From Frankia alni (lineage in GTDB: Bacteria; Actinomycetota; Actinomycetes; Frankiales; Frankiaceae), in assembly GCA_026225295.1 (NCBI GenBank), contig JAMFSN010000116.1, forward strand, positions 32,938 to 96,937: 64,000 nt of DNA, in the 5' to 3' direction. Below are positions 1 through 8,663 of this stretch, piece after piece (within the stretch, counting starts at the first letter, position 1; each line of letters opens with the position of its first letter). Under the pieces are notes generated by a model. It had not been told where the DNA came from. It did not search any database and was given only the letters and a program-made list of their open reading frames with translations. The translations under genes were made by a program, and so were the position numbers.

Positions 1-11
1 GACGGCCAGGT

Positions 12-1334
12 GTGCGGCCCGTGACGCGACGGTCCCGGCCGGCCGCCGGTCGCGGGGGACTGGCCCGTCCGGTGGCGCTGGTCGGTGCCCTGCTGCTGAT
101 GGTCGGGCTGGCCGCGTGCGGGGGCGGCCGGCCCGGCCCGGACGGCGGCGGGGGCGCCACCATCACCTGGTACGCCGGTTCCATCGACCAGCGCCAGAAC
201 GACTTCCGCCAGATCCTGGTCGACGCGTTCGAGGAATCCCACCCCGACATCACCGTCAACGTCACGTTCGGACCGGTCGACACCGATGTGAACCGGGCCG
301 AGATCGCCGACGCCGTGCGGTCCGGTCACGGCGCGCCCGATGTGTACCTGGGCGACGTGGTCTGGCCCGCGCAGTTCGCCCGCGACGGTCTGGCCCTGCC
401 GCTCGACAAGGTTCTGGGGACCGACTTCTGGCGCCGGTTCGACCCGGCGGCGCTGGCCTCGGCCCGGTACCGGGGCCGGCTCTACGCCGCTCCGCTGTTC
501 ACCGACCGGGCCGTCCTGTTCTACCGGACCGACCTGGTGCGCCAGCCGCCGACGACCTGGGAGCAACTCGCCGAGGAGGCGCGGGCCCTGCACGCGTCCG
601 GGGCCGCGGCGGACGGATTCGTCTGGCAGGGCGCCCCGTACGAGGGTCTGACCTGTGTGTGGACCGAACTGCTGGCCGACGCCGGCGGCTCGGTGGTCAA
701 CCGGGCCGGCACCGCGTCGACCGTCGATTCGCCGGCCGGGGTGAAGGCCCTGCGCTTCCTGCGCGGGCTCGTGACCAGCGGGGCCACGCCGGCCGGGGTC
801 ACCGGGTTCCAGGAGACCGACGCCGACCAGCTCTTCGCCTCCGGACAGGCGGCGTTCCTGCGGTCCTGGAACCCGACCTACGGCCGGCTGACCGCGCCCG
901 GCAGCGCCGTCTCGGACCAGGTGGCCGGCCACGTGGGGATCGCTCCGCTGCCGACCTTCGCCGGTCGTCCGGGGCCGGGATTCTCGACGGTCGGGGGCTG
1001 GAGCCTGTACGTCAACCCGCACACCCGCAACCTTGGCGCGGTCTCGACGTTCATCCGCTGGATGACCGACCAGCAGGCCCAGGGGCTCCTCGTCCGGCTC
1101 GCCCAGCTGCCGACCAACGCGGCCGTGCGGGCCGATCCGGCGGTGCGGGCGAACCCGTTGATGGCGACCGGCCTGGCCGCCCGGCCGGTCACCCGGCCCG
1201 CGGCGACCCCCGCCTATCCGAAGCTCAGCCGGGCGGTCTACACCAATGTGAGCGCCGCGATCGGGGGAGGGACAACGGTCCCGGCCGCGCTGCGCGCGAG
1301 CGGAACGCAGATCGATCAGGCGCTGCGGGACTGA
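12..1334 (+). CDS. ABC transporter extracellular solute-binding lipoprotein (sugar-type, family 1)
   Basis: 440-aa ORF with GTG start. N-terminal signal with lipobox LAACGGG. Overall family-1 SBP look (TWYAGS, WNPTYGR, YVNPHT). No permease or ATPase genes follow in the window. Confidence 0.8.
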   Translation: MRPVTRRSRPAAGRGGLARPVALVGALLLMVGLAACGGGRPGPDGGGGATITWYAGSIDQRQNDFRQILVDAFEESHPDITVNVTFGPVDTDVNRAEIADAVRSGHGAPDVYLGDVVWPAQFARDGLALPLDKVLGTDFWRRFDPAALASARYRGRLYAAPLFTDRAVLFYRTDLVRQPPTTWEQLAEEARALHASGAAADGFVWQGAPYEGLTCVWTELLADAGGSVVNRAGTASTVDSPAGVKALRFLRGLVTSGATPAGVTGFQETDADQLFASGQAAFLRSWNPTYGRLTAPGSAVSDQVAGHVGIAPLPTFAGRPGPGFSTVGGWSLYVNPHTRNLGAVSTFIRWMTDQQAQGLLVRLAQLPTNAAVRADPAVRANPLMATGLAARPVTRPAATPAYPKLSRAVYTNVSAAIGGGTTVPAALRASGTQIDQALRD

Positions 1335-1362
1335 GCCCCGGCCGGTCCAGCGACCCGGCCGG

Positions 1363-1626
1363 TCAGCGGCCCAGGCGGGCCCGGACCTCCGGGCGGCGCA
1401 GGGGCGGGACGGTCGCGGGCGGCTGCCGGCGGGCCGGCAGCACGTCGAGCAGCCGGTGCACCGACGCGGTGACCTCCGCGACCGCCGTCTCGAACGCGAC
1501 GTCGGCGGTCGGCGGAGGCTGCCGCAGTCCGCTGACCTTCCGGACAAACTGGCGGGCGGCCGCCTCGACCTCCTCGTCGGTGGCCGGCGGTTCGAGGCCT
1601 CGCAGCTCGGTGATGTTGCGGCACAT
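1363..1626 (-). CDS. DUF2277 domain-containing protein
   Basis: Starts MCRNITELRGLEPPATDEEVEAAARQFVRKVSG, the characteristic DUF2277 N-terminus. I trimmed the track ORF by 3 codons to this Met. Confidence 0.8.
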   Translation of the reverse strand: MCRNITELRGLEPPATDEEVEAAARQFVRKVSGLRQPPPTADVAFETAVAEVTASVHRLLDVLPARRQPPATVPPLRRPEVRARLGR

Positions 1627-1777
1627 GCCATCCACGGTAAGCCCTCGCCGGCCGCGGTACGTCCCGTGGTCAGGCCGTCGCCGATGACACGGTCAATACC
1701 GACGAATCGCCCGAAAAGGTACCCAGCGGCGCCGCCCGTCGCGCATCCCCGTACGGCAATGTGCGACGGTCGAACCG

Positions 1778-3250
1778 ATGAGGATCCCGGTCAGAAACCC
1801 CAAGGTCGCGGTCAGCGTCGTCTTCGTCGCCGCGATGTTCATGAACATCATGGACGTGACGATTGTTAACGTCGCGCTCCCCACCGTCGGGCACGACTTC
1901 AACGTGGCCGCCGCGTCACTGAGCGCGGTGTCGATCGGCTACCTGGTGAGTCTGGCCGTCGTGATCCCGGCGTCCGGGTGGGTGGGGGACCGGTTCGGTT
2001 CCAAGCGGACGTTGCTGTCGGCGATCGTTCTGTTCACCGTGGCGTCGATGTTGTGCGGGCTGGCGACCAGCTTCTCCGAGCTGGTCGGGTTCCGCGTCCT
2101 GCAGGGGGTCGGCGGCGGCCTGCTGACCCCGACCGGCCTGGCCATGCTCTTCCGGGTCTTCCCGCCCAGTGAGCGGGTCCGGGCCTCCAGCATTCTGACG
2201 GTCCCGACCGCCCTGGCCCCGGCGCTCGGCCCGGTGCTGGGCGGCCTGCTGGTGTCGGACCTGTCCTGGCGGTGGGTGTTCTACGTCAACCTGCCGATCG
2301 GCGCCTTCGCGTTGGTTTTCGGGCTGCTGTTCCTCACCGAACACACCGAACCGGCCGCCGGCCGCTTCGACGGGCCCGGGTTCCTGCTGTCCGGAGTCGG
2401 GTTCGCGGCGCTCATGTACGGGGTGAGCGAAGGCCCGGAGAAGGGCTGGGGCTCGGCGCTGATCATCGGGCCGATCGTGGTCGGCGCCCTGCTGCTGGTG
2501 GCGCTGGTGGTCACCCAGCTGCGCACCGCCGAGCCGTTGCTGCACCTGCGCCTGTTCACCGACCGGCTGTTCCGGTCGACGAACGCGGTGATGTTCCTGG
2601 CCACCGCGGGCTTCCTCGGCGTGCTGTACGCGGTTTCGCTCTTCTACCAGGACGGCCTGGGCCTGTCCCCGCTCCGGTCGGGACTCAGCACGTTCCCGGA
2701 AGCCGTCGGCGTCATGATCGGCGCCCAGGTCGCGAGTCGGCTGCTGTATCCGCGGCTGGGTCCGCGCCGGATGATGGCCGGCGGCCTGATCGGCGTCGCC
2801 ACCGCCACGGCGCTGATGGCGCTGGTCTCGGCGGGCACGAACCTGTGGTGGATGCGGCTGGCCCTGTTCGGGCTGGGCTATTCGATGGCCAACGTGTTCA
2901 TCCCGACGCAGGCCGCCGCGTTCGCGCGGATCAGTCCGGCCGAGACCGGGCAGGCCTCGACGTTGTTCAACGCCCAGCGCCAGCTGGGCGGGGCGGTCGG
3001 GGTGGCCGTTCTGTCGACGGTGCTGGCCGCCGTCGGAACCGGCGCCGCGGCCGGCGGTCGCGGCGCCGACCTGAGCGGCTACCACGCGGCCTTCCTGACC
3101 GCCGCCGGGCTGGCGCTGGTCGGCGCGTTCCTGGCCCTGACCGTGATCGACGCCGACGCCGCGTCGACCCGCCTCCGCCGCCTGCCCGACGCGGCGCCCG
3201 GCGACGCGGCCGTCGGCGACGCGGCGCCCGGCGACGCCCGGTCCGCCTGA
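1778..3250 (+). CDS. MFS transporter, DHA2 (EmrB/QacA) drug-efflux type
   Basis: 490 aa, about 14 hydrophobic segments. N-terminal motif FMNIMDVTIVNVALPTVG and GWVGDRFGSKRTLL are typical of DHA2. Confidence 0.85.
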   Translation: MRIPVRNPKVAVSVVFVAAMFMNIMDVTIVNVALPTVGHDFNVAAASLSAVSIGYLVSLAVVIPASGWVGDRFGSKRTLLSAIVLFTVASMLCGLATSFSELVGFRVLQGVGGGLLTPTGLAMLFRVFPPSERVRASSILTVPTALAPALGPVLGGLLVSDLSWRWVFYVNLPIGAFALVFGLLFLTEHTEPAAGRFDGPGFLLSGVGFAALMYGVSEGPEKGWGSALIIGPIVVGALLLVALVVTQLRTAEPLLHLRLFTDRLFRSTNAVMFLATAGFLGVLYAVSLFYQDGLGLSPLRSGLSTFPEAVGVMIGAQVASRLLYPRLGPRRMMAGGLIGVATATALMALVSAGTNLWWMRLALFGLGYSMANVFIPTQAAAFARISPAETGQASTLFNAQRQLGGAVGVAVLSTVLAAVGTGAAAGGRGADLSGYHAAFLTAAGLALVGAFLALTVIDADAASTRLRRLPDAAPGDAAVGDAAPGDARSA

Positions 3251-3270
3251 CCGGCCGGTCAGGCGGACCG
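3239..3270. terminator. 32-bp perfect palindrome between convergent genes (probable bidirectional terminator hairpin)
   Basis: cggtccgcctgaccgg|ccggtcaggcggaccg is perfectly self-complementary. It contains the MFS stop codon (3248-3250) and lies 17 nt before the VOC gene stop. Confidence 0.5.
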
Positions 3271-3286
3271 GGCGCGACCCGGACCG

Positions 3287-4078
3287 TCAGCCGGCCGGCG
3301 TCGCCTGGTCGAGCCCGACGAGCGTGAAGCGGGCGCCGGCCGGGTCCGCGACGGCCGCGAAACGCCCGTAGGGGCTGTCCACCGCTTCGCCCAACGCCGC
3401 GCCGCCCAACCGGACGATCGTGTCCAGCGCGGCGTCGGCGTCATCGACCCCGATGTACACCGACCAGGCGGTCGGGGCGTCCGCCGGCTCACCGGCCCCG
3501 TCGGCGATGCCGGCCAGCCAGCCGTTCCCGCCCGGGTCGCGGGCGGTCGTGTAGCGGAACTGGGCGGTGTCAGCCATGACGTGGATGTCCCAGCGCAGGG
3601 TGTCCCGGTAGAAGGCGACGGCCGCGTCGTAGACCCGGCTGCGCAGCTCGAACCAGCTCGGCGCGGCCGACTCGCCCAGCACGGTGAATCCCGCGAACTG
3701 GTCGGCCTGCCAGAGCCCGAACGGTACGGCGCCCGGATCGGCGACGACCGCCAAGGTGCCCAGATCGCCGACCACCATCGGGCCGGACCGGATCTGGCCA
3801 CCGTGGGCGACCGTCGCCTCGAGCGTCTTGGTGACATCGTCGGTCGCGAAGTAGGTGGTCCACACGTCGGCCTGGCCCATGCCCGGCTGGGCCGCCATGC
3901 AGCCGGCCACCTCGACCCCGTCGCGGGCGAAGGTGAAGTAGCCGCCGAACTGCTCGGCGGGCTCGTTGGCGGTCCAGCCGAACAGTTCGCCGTAGAACGC
4001 CCGGCTCCGGTCCGGGTCGGAGGTGTTCAGATCGATCCAGCAGGGTGCCCCGACGGGGGCGGTGGCGCGGTTGGGCAT
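3287..4078 (-). CDS. VOC (glyoxalase/bleomycin-resistance/dioxygenase) family protein, two-domain
   Basis: The track ORF is 456 aa but its first 193 aa are Arg/Pro-rich junk. From MPNRATAPVGAPCWIDLNTSDPDRSRAFYGELFGW onward it is a typical tandem VOC protein. ATG at 4078. Confidence 0.8.
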   Translation of the reverse strand: MPNRATAPVGAPCWIDLNTSDPDRSRAFYGELFGWTANEPAEQFGGYFTFARDGVEVAGCMAAQPGMGQADVWTTYFATDDVTKTLEATVAHGGQIRSGPMVVGDLGTLAVVADPGAVPFGLWQADQFAGFTVLGESAAPSWFELRSRVYDAAVAFYRDTLRWDIHVMADTAQFRYTTARDPGGNGWLAGIADGAGEPADAPTAWSVYIGVDDADAALDTIVRLGGAALGEAVDSPYGRFAAVADPAGARFTLVGLDQATPAG

Positions 4079-4889
4079 GGTCGGTCCCTTCGCAGTGCGG
4101 TCCACCGTCGCGCGGATGCGGACGGACGGACGGCGACCGGCCGGCTGACCGGGCGCCGGTAACCCGGCCCGGACAGGACGGCGGGGCGGCCGGGAACTCA
4201 TCGGCGCGGCCCCGATCCGCGCATTCCGGCCGCGACGAGCAGCATCACACGACGGCGGCGCGGCCCCGTGGTGGGGCGCCGCGCCGCCCACTCCACCGGC
4301 GCGCGATCCCCCCATACCGGAGCGAAGCGGACCTGGGCCGGCTGATCCACCCGCTGCGTGTTCACCGTCGACGACAACCATGACCGGATTCGTGTACCCG
4401 CCACATTGGTGAATGCGAATACCGCTAACGAGATCGATCCGGGCGATGACGTAGATACGTTTACATCGCGCACCCGATTCGACTAAAGTTGTACCGGTTG
4501 GTGGTGCTGGTCGCGGGGGGCGGCTACGTCGGTGTCGCGGTCGTTTCGTTCTTCGGTGCGGTCTGCGGTTGGCCCGGTCTGACCCTTCCTCGCGGTGAGT
4601 TGCGTCGACGTTTCCTGATCTCCAGGTCCGGGGGGCCCTGTTGACATTTATGACCACGCGGTCACGCGATCATTTCCTCGACGCTACGAAGACGTCGCTC
4701 AGTTGATTCCTGAACAGGCAGCCCGCGACCGGCGGGCCGATTCTCAGCGCACGGACCGGACGCTTGTCCGGTTCGCGTTCCCGAAGCCCCGACCCACCCC
4801 CGGCCCGGGGCGTCGGTCGGCATCCCGGCATCTTTCCGGGCCGGCTCAATAAACGCCGAGCGGGCTGTACCTCAAGGGGATCACCAAAC

Positions 4890-5825
4890 ATGTTGCACGT
4901 CATCTATCGCTCTTACGGCGGCGAGAACGTGAAGAACCGGCCGGCCTTCTACAGCAAGCGGCTGGCGCTGGCCTCCTTTGTCCGGGCGGTCGAGGAGGCG
5001 GGCGTCCCGATCGAGGTGCTCTACCTCAACGACGGCCCGATTCCCGCTGACCGGTTGGCGCTGATGGACGGCTCCGGGGAGACCATCGCGCGCTTTGGGC
5101 TGGGCAACAAGGGTTCGGTACGGGCAGCGCTGGCCCTCCCGCTCGAGCGGGGCTGGCCCGACGAGGACATCGTCTGGCTGGCCGAGGACGACTATCTGTA
5201 CGACCCGGCCGCGCTGGTCGGTCTGGCCGCCGCCCCGGGCGCTTTCCCGACCGCCGACTACTTCGCCCTGTACGCCTCGGTGGGCCACCGCCCGCCGGCC
5301 GGTGGTGCTCAGCCCGACTACGCGCCGGTCCCGCCGACCTGGGAACCCTCGGCGCCCGTGTCCGTCGCCGGCCGATCCTGGCAGCGCGGGCTGAGCACCA
5401 CCGGCACCTACGGCGTGACGGTCCGGGCGCTGCGGGAGGACCAGCGCCTGTTGCGTTGGGCGCTGTGGTCCGGGGCCGGGTGGGACCACACGATGTGCCT
5501 GCTCTATCAGGGATATCAGCCTTTCACCTGGCGGGCCGTGGCCGACCAGGCCCGGGCGGGCGGCGTTCCGGGTCCGCTGAGCCTGGCCCGGCGCGGGCGG
5601 TTCGCCCTGCTCGCGGCGGTCCGCGCCGCGCTGAACGGCTGGCGGCTGGTCCGCCGGGGGCCCCGCCGGCTGCTGGTCACCGCCGACCCGGCCCTGGTCA
5701 CGCATCTGGAGGTCGGCTGCCTGGCGCTCGGTACCGATTGGGCCGGCCTGGCCGACGACTGCACGGCCTGGGCAGCGGCCCGCGATGTCCCGGGCCAGCC
5801 CGTCTCCGCCGGTCGCGCCGGGTAA
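4890..5825 (+). CDS. hypothetical protein, possibly GT-A-like glycosyltransferase
   Basis: ATG at 4890 preceded by aagggga. Begins MLHVIYRSYGGENVKNRPAFYSK. Acidic WLAEDDYLYD resembles a DxD motif. No firm family recognised. Confidence 0.5.
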   Translation: MLHVIYRSYGGENVKNRPAFYSKRLALASFVRAVEEAGVPIEVLYLNDGPIPADRLALMDGSGETIARFGLGNKGSVRAALALPLERGWPDEDIVWLAEDDYLYDPAALVGLAAAPGAFPTADYFALYASVGHRPPAGGAQPDYAPVPPTWEPSAPVSVAGRSWQRGLSTTGTYGVTVRALREDQRLLRWALWSGAGWDHTMCLLYQGYQPFTWRAVADQARAGGVPGPLSLARRGRFALLAAVRAALNGWRLVRRGPRRLLVTADPALVTHLEVGCLALGTDWAGLADDCTAWAAARDVPGQPVSAGRAG

Positions 5826-5872
5826 CCGCGTCGATCACCCCGAAGCGGCACCGGGTCGGACCCGGCGCCGGG

Positions 5873-6886
5873 TCACGGTAGGCGCGGCGCCCACCCGAAC
5901 GACAGGGCGGCGGCCAGCAGCCCTCCGAGGACGGCCAGGCCGAGGAACCAGGTGGTCAGTTCCCGGTCGGCGGTCCGGTACCCGATCGAGGTGCCGAGCT
6001 TGCGGTAGGCGTCGTGCAGCTCGCCACGGGAGGTGGCCCGAAAGTAGGTCCCGTGGGTGGCGCGGGCGATGTCCCGCAGGGCCGGCGCGTTGACCGGGAC
6101 CGGGAGGGCCTGCCCGTCCATCTCCAGGGTTCCGCGGGCGGTGCCGTAGGCGATCGTGTTGACAGGGGTGTGCGCCCGGACCGCGGCGGCCGCGGCAGCG
6201 GCGTTCGACTGCCCGGCGGTGGTCTCGCCGTCCGAGAGCAGCACGATGGCCGCGGGGACGGCGGGCGGCGGGGCTGGTGCCCCGCCGCCCCGCGGGACCC
6301 GGCCGACGACCGGTCCGGTCGCACCGGTGGCGCTCGTGGTGAGGGAGAACGTCTTGATCGCCTGCAGCGACGCGAAGATCCCGTCGCCGATCGCGGTGGC
6401 CGGTCCCAGGCGCAGGCTCCGGATCGCGGCCAGGACCGCCCCCCGGTCGGTGGTCGGCGGAACGAGAACGGCCGCGGTGCCCGCGAAGGAGACCAGCCCG
6501 AGGTTGATTTTGGCCGGCAGCTTCCCGACGAATGCGGCGGCTCCCAATTTCGCCGACTCCAGCCGGGTCGGCGCGACGTCGGTCGACGCCATGGAATTCG
6601 AGACGTCGATGGCGAGCATGACCGTGCCGCGGTCACGGGGGATGTGCCGGGTTTCCACGGGACGCGCCAGAGCGAACACCAGGGCGACGAGGGTCAGCGC
6701 GAACACGGCGGCCGGAATCCGGACCCGCCACCGCGACGGGCCCATCGACAGGGCCGTGGCCAGGATCGGGCTGGTCGGCAGGCGGGCGGCATACGGCGGG
6801 CGCCAGCGGTTGACCACCGCGTAGCCGATCAATAGCGCGGCGACGGCGATCAGCAACCACAGCCAGTGGCCGGCGAGAAACGTCAC
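5873..6886 (-). CDS. VWA domain-containing membrane protein (BatA-like)
   Basis: N-terminal TM, then the MIDAS motif LAIDVSNSM, VSFAG, LLSDGETT, and a C-terminal TM. GTG start at 6886 chosen by analogy with BatA-type N-termini (VTFLAGHWLWLLIAV). Confidence 0.8.
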   Translation of the reverse strand: MTFLAGHWLWLLIAVAALLIGYAVVNRWRPPYAARLPTSPILATALSMGPSRWRVRIPAAVFALTLVALVFALARPVETRHIPRDRGTVMLAIDVSNSMASTDVAPTRLESAKLGAAAFVGKLPAKINLGLVSFAGTAAVLVPPTTDRGAVLAAIRSLRLGPATAIGDGIFASLQAIKTFSLTTSATGATGPVVGRVPRGGGAPAPPPAVPAAIVLLSDGETTAGQSNAAAAAAAVRAHTPVNTIAYGTARGTLEMDGQALPVPVNAPALRDIARATHGTYFRATSRGELHDAYRKLGTSIGYRTADRELTTWFLGLAVLGGLLAAALSFGWAPRLP

Positions 6887-7160
6887 CGGAGCCGGTCCGA
6901 ACCGGGTCGGCGGTTTTTGCGAAATACCGCGCCGGATCTCCCCGGCATAATCGCCGGTGGCGGCGCGTGGTCGGCACCAGCAGGCCTGTCCACAACAGGA
7001 GTGTCGCAGCCCGGCCGCCGCCGGTACAGATGAGCGCGCCTTTCCGGCGGCTGTGCGTAACATGCCGCGACCGGGCCATCAATGGCGCAATCAGGCCGTT
7101 GATGGCCCCGCGGCGCCTATGGCCGGGCCACCGATGAGCGGTTCGCCGGGAAACGACCGC

Positions 7161-7188
7161 GGTCGGGGTGGGCCGGTCGGGGTGGGCC
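7161..7188. repeat. perfect 14-bp tandem duplication (ggtcggggtgggcc x2), intergenic
   Basis: Read directly from the sequence at 7161-7174 and 7175-7188. Confidence 0.9.
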
Positions 7189-7263
7189 GGCCCGGTGTCG
7201 GCACCGTCACCCCGGCGATCTTCGTGATCGGGCCCGGCCGGGACGCATGATGGAAAGGTGGTG

Positions 7264-8169
7264 ATGGGGCGGATTCGCGGCGGTTCCGATGATCTGCGTA
7301 CCTGGGTCGGTGGCCAGGTGCTCCACCGGGTGGCCGGTCCCGAGGGCCCCGGCCGCCGCGAGCGGATCTTCGACGCCGCCGGGGAGCGGTGGTTCACCCC
7401 CGACCGGCCGATCCGCCGGGTGCACAGCGACGCGTCCATGTTTGTCGGGGGTCTGCGGGCCCTGCTGCTGCAGTCCCTGCACCCCCTGGCGATGGCCGGC
7501 GTGGCCGGGCATTCGGACTACCGGCACGACCCGTGGGGTCGACTGGCCCGGACCAGTTTCTTCCTCGCGGTGACAACGTTCGGACCGGTTACGGAGGCCG
7601 AGCAGGCCATCGCCCACGTCCAACGGGTCCACGATCATGTCCGGGGCACCGCGCCGGACGGTCGGCCCTATGCGGCCTCGGACCCGCATCTGCTGCGGTG
7701 GGTCCACGTTGCCGAGGTCGACAGCTTCCTCGCCGCCTACCAACGGTACGGGGGCCGCGAGCCGCTCGACGCGGCCGGCCGCGACGGTTACATCGCGGAC
7801 GCGGCCCTGGTCGCGGCGAAGCTCGGGGTGATCGACCCGCCCCGGACCGAGGTTGAGTTGCGGCGCCAGCTCGCCGAGTTCCGGCCCGAGCTGGCCGGCA
7901 CCCCGCAGGCCCGGCAGGCTGCGCGCTACCTGCTGCTGCGCGCCCCGCTGCCGCTCGCCGCCCGGCTTCCGTACAGCGCGTTGGCTTCGGCGGCGGTCGG
8001 CCTGATGCCGGCCTGGACCCGCTGGCCGTTGCGGTTGCCGTATCTGCCGGCGGCCGAGGCGACGGTCGGCCGGCTGGCTGGTCAGGGGATCGTGGCCGGT
8101 ATCCGGTGGGCGACCACGCCCCCGGCCGCGCCGGCGGGTTCGCCGGCGGTGGCGACCGCCCGCACCTGA
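7264..8169 (+). CDS. oxygenase MpaB family protein (DUF2236)
   Basis: RRVHSDASMFVGGLRALLLQSLHPLAMAGVAGHSDYRHDPWGRL and DPHLLRWVHVAEVDSF are characteristic. ATG at 7264 after gaaagg. Confidence 0.8.
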   Translation: MGRIRGGSDDLRTWVGGQVLHRVAGPEGPGRRERIFDAAGERWFTPDRPIRRVHSDASMFVGGLRALLLQSLHPLAMAGVAGHSDYRHDPWGRLARTSFFLAVTTFGPVTEAEQAIAHVQRVHDHVRGTAPDGRPYAASDPHLLRWVHVAEVDSFLAAYQRYGGREPLDAAGRDGYIADAALVAAKLGVIDPPRTEVELRRQLAEFRPELAGTPQARQAARYLLLRAPLPLAARLPYSALASAAVGLMPAWTRWPLRLPYLPAAEATVGRLAGQGIVAGIRWATTPPAAPAGSPAVATART

Positions 8170-8225
8170 CCAGACCGTCAACGGCACCGGACCGGCCGCG
8201 GCGCGATCGGGTTCGACCGGTGGTT

Positions 8226-8462
8226 CTACTGGTCGTCGAAGAGGGCGTCCTGGACCGTCGCGGTCCGGGCCGCGTTGGGGCTGCGTTCCCCGCCCCGGCA
8301 CCAGTAGCCGTGGTCGAACCGCAGTCCGACCGACCGGGGCGGGACACACGATCCGTCCGGCTGGTGCTCCTCGAAGCCTTCCACGCTGGCGAACGTCTCG
8401 TGGCAGGACGCGCAGTGCGCCGCGAACAGCGACGACCACCGGGCGCCACAACGGCAGGCCAT
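8226..8462 (-). CDS. small putative zinc-binding protein (FDXHR-like)
   Basis: 78 aa from MACRCGARW. CxC...HCASCHETFASVEGFEEHQ resembles the FDXHR family Cys/His pattern. Assignment is from memory only. Confidence 0.5.
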   Translation of the reverse strand: MACRCGARWSSLFAAHCASCHETFASVEGFEEHQPDGSCVPPRSVGLRFDHGYWCRGGERSPNAARTATVQDALFDDQ

Positions 8463-8629
8463 CACGGCCGGACGGTGATAGTCCCAGGGCTGCGCCACGC
8501 CCCGGAGGGTACGACGCGGATCGGACGGCGCCGGTGACGCCCGGGCGGCTCCGCCGGGCATTGCGGGCCCGTCGGAGCAGGGTTGTCGAAGCTCGGGCCG
8601 CTCGGCGGGCGGTCCGGGAAGGCCGGACC

Positions 8630-8663
8630 GGTTCGGGATCAGAGGTTCGGGATCAGAGGTTCG
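8630..8663. repeat. 14-bp tandem repeat (ggttcgggatcaga x2 plus a partial third copy) spanning the kinase stop codon
   Basis: Copies at 8630-8643, 8644-8657 and a partial at 8658-8663. The kinase stop codon (tca at 8653-8655) lies inside copy 2. Confidence 0.9.

Noticed and set aside
4079-4657. The 456-aa version of the VOC gene, and the 91-aa minus ORF at 4198-4473.
   Set aside because: The upstream parts have atypical codon usage (low GC3) or Arg/Pro-rich translations. VOC homology starts only at the Met at 4078.
8226-8462. Treating the FDXHR-like zinc-binding gene as a prophage marker.
   Set aside because: No other phage-like genes, integrase, att-like repeats or tRNA are nearby.
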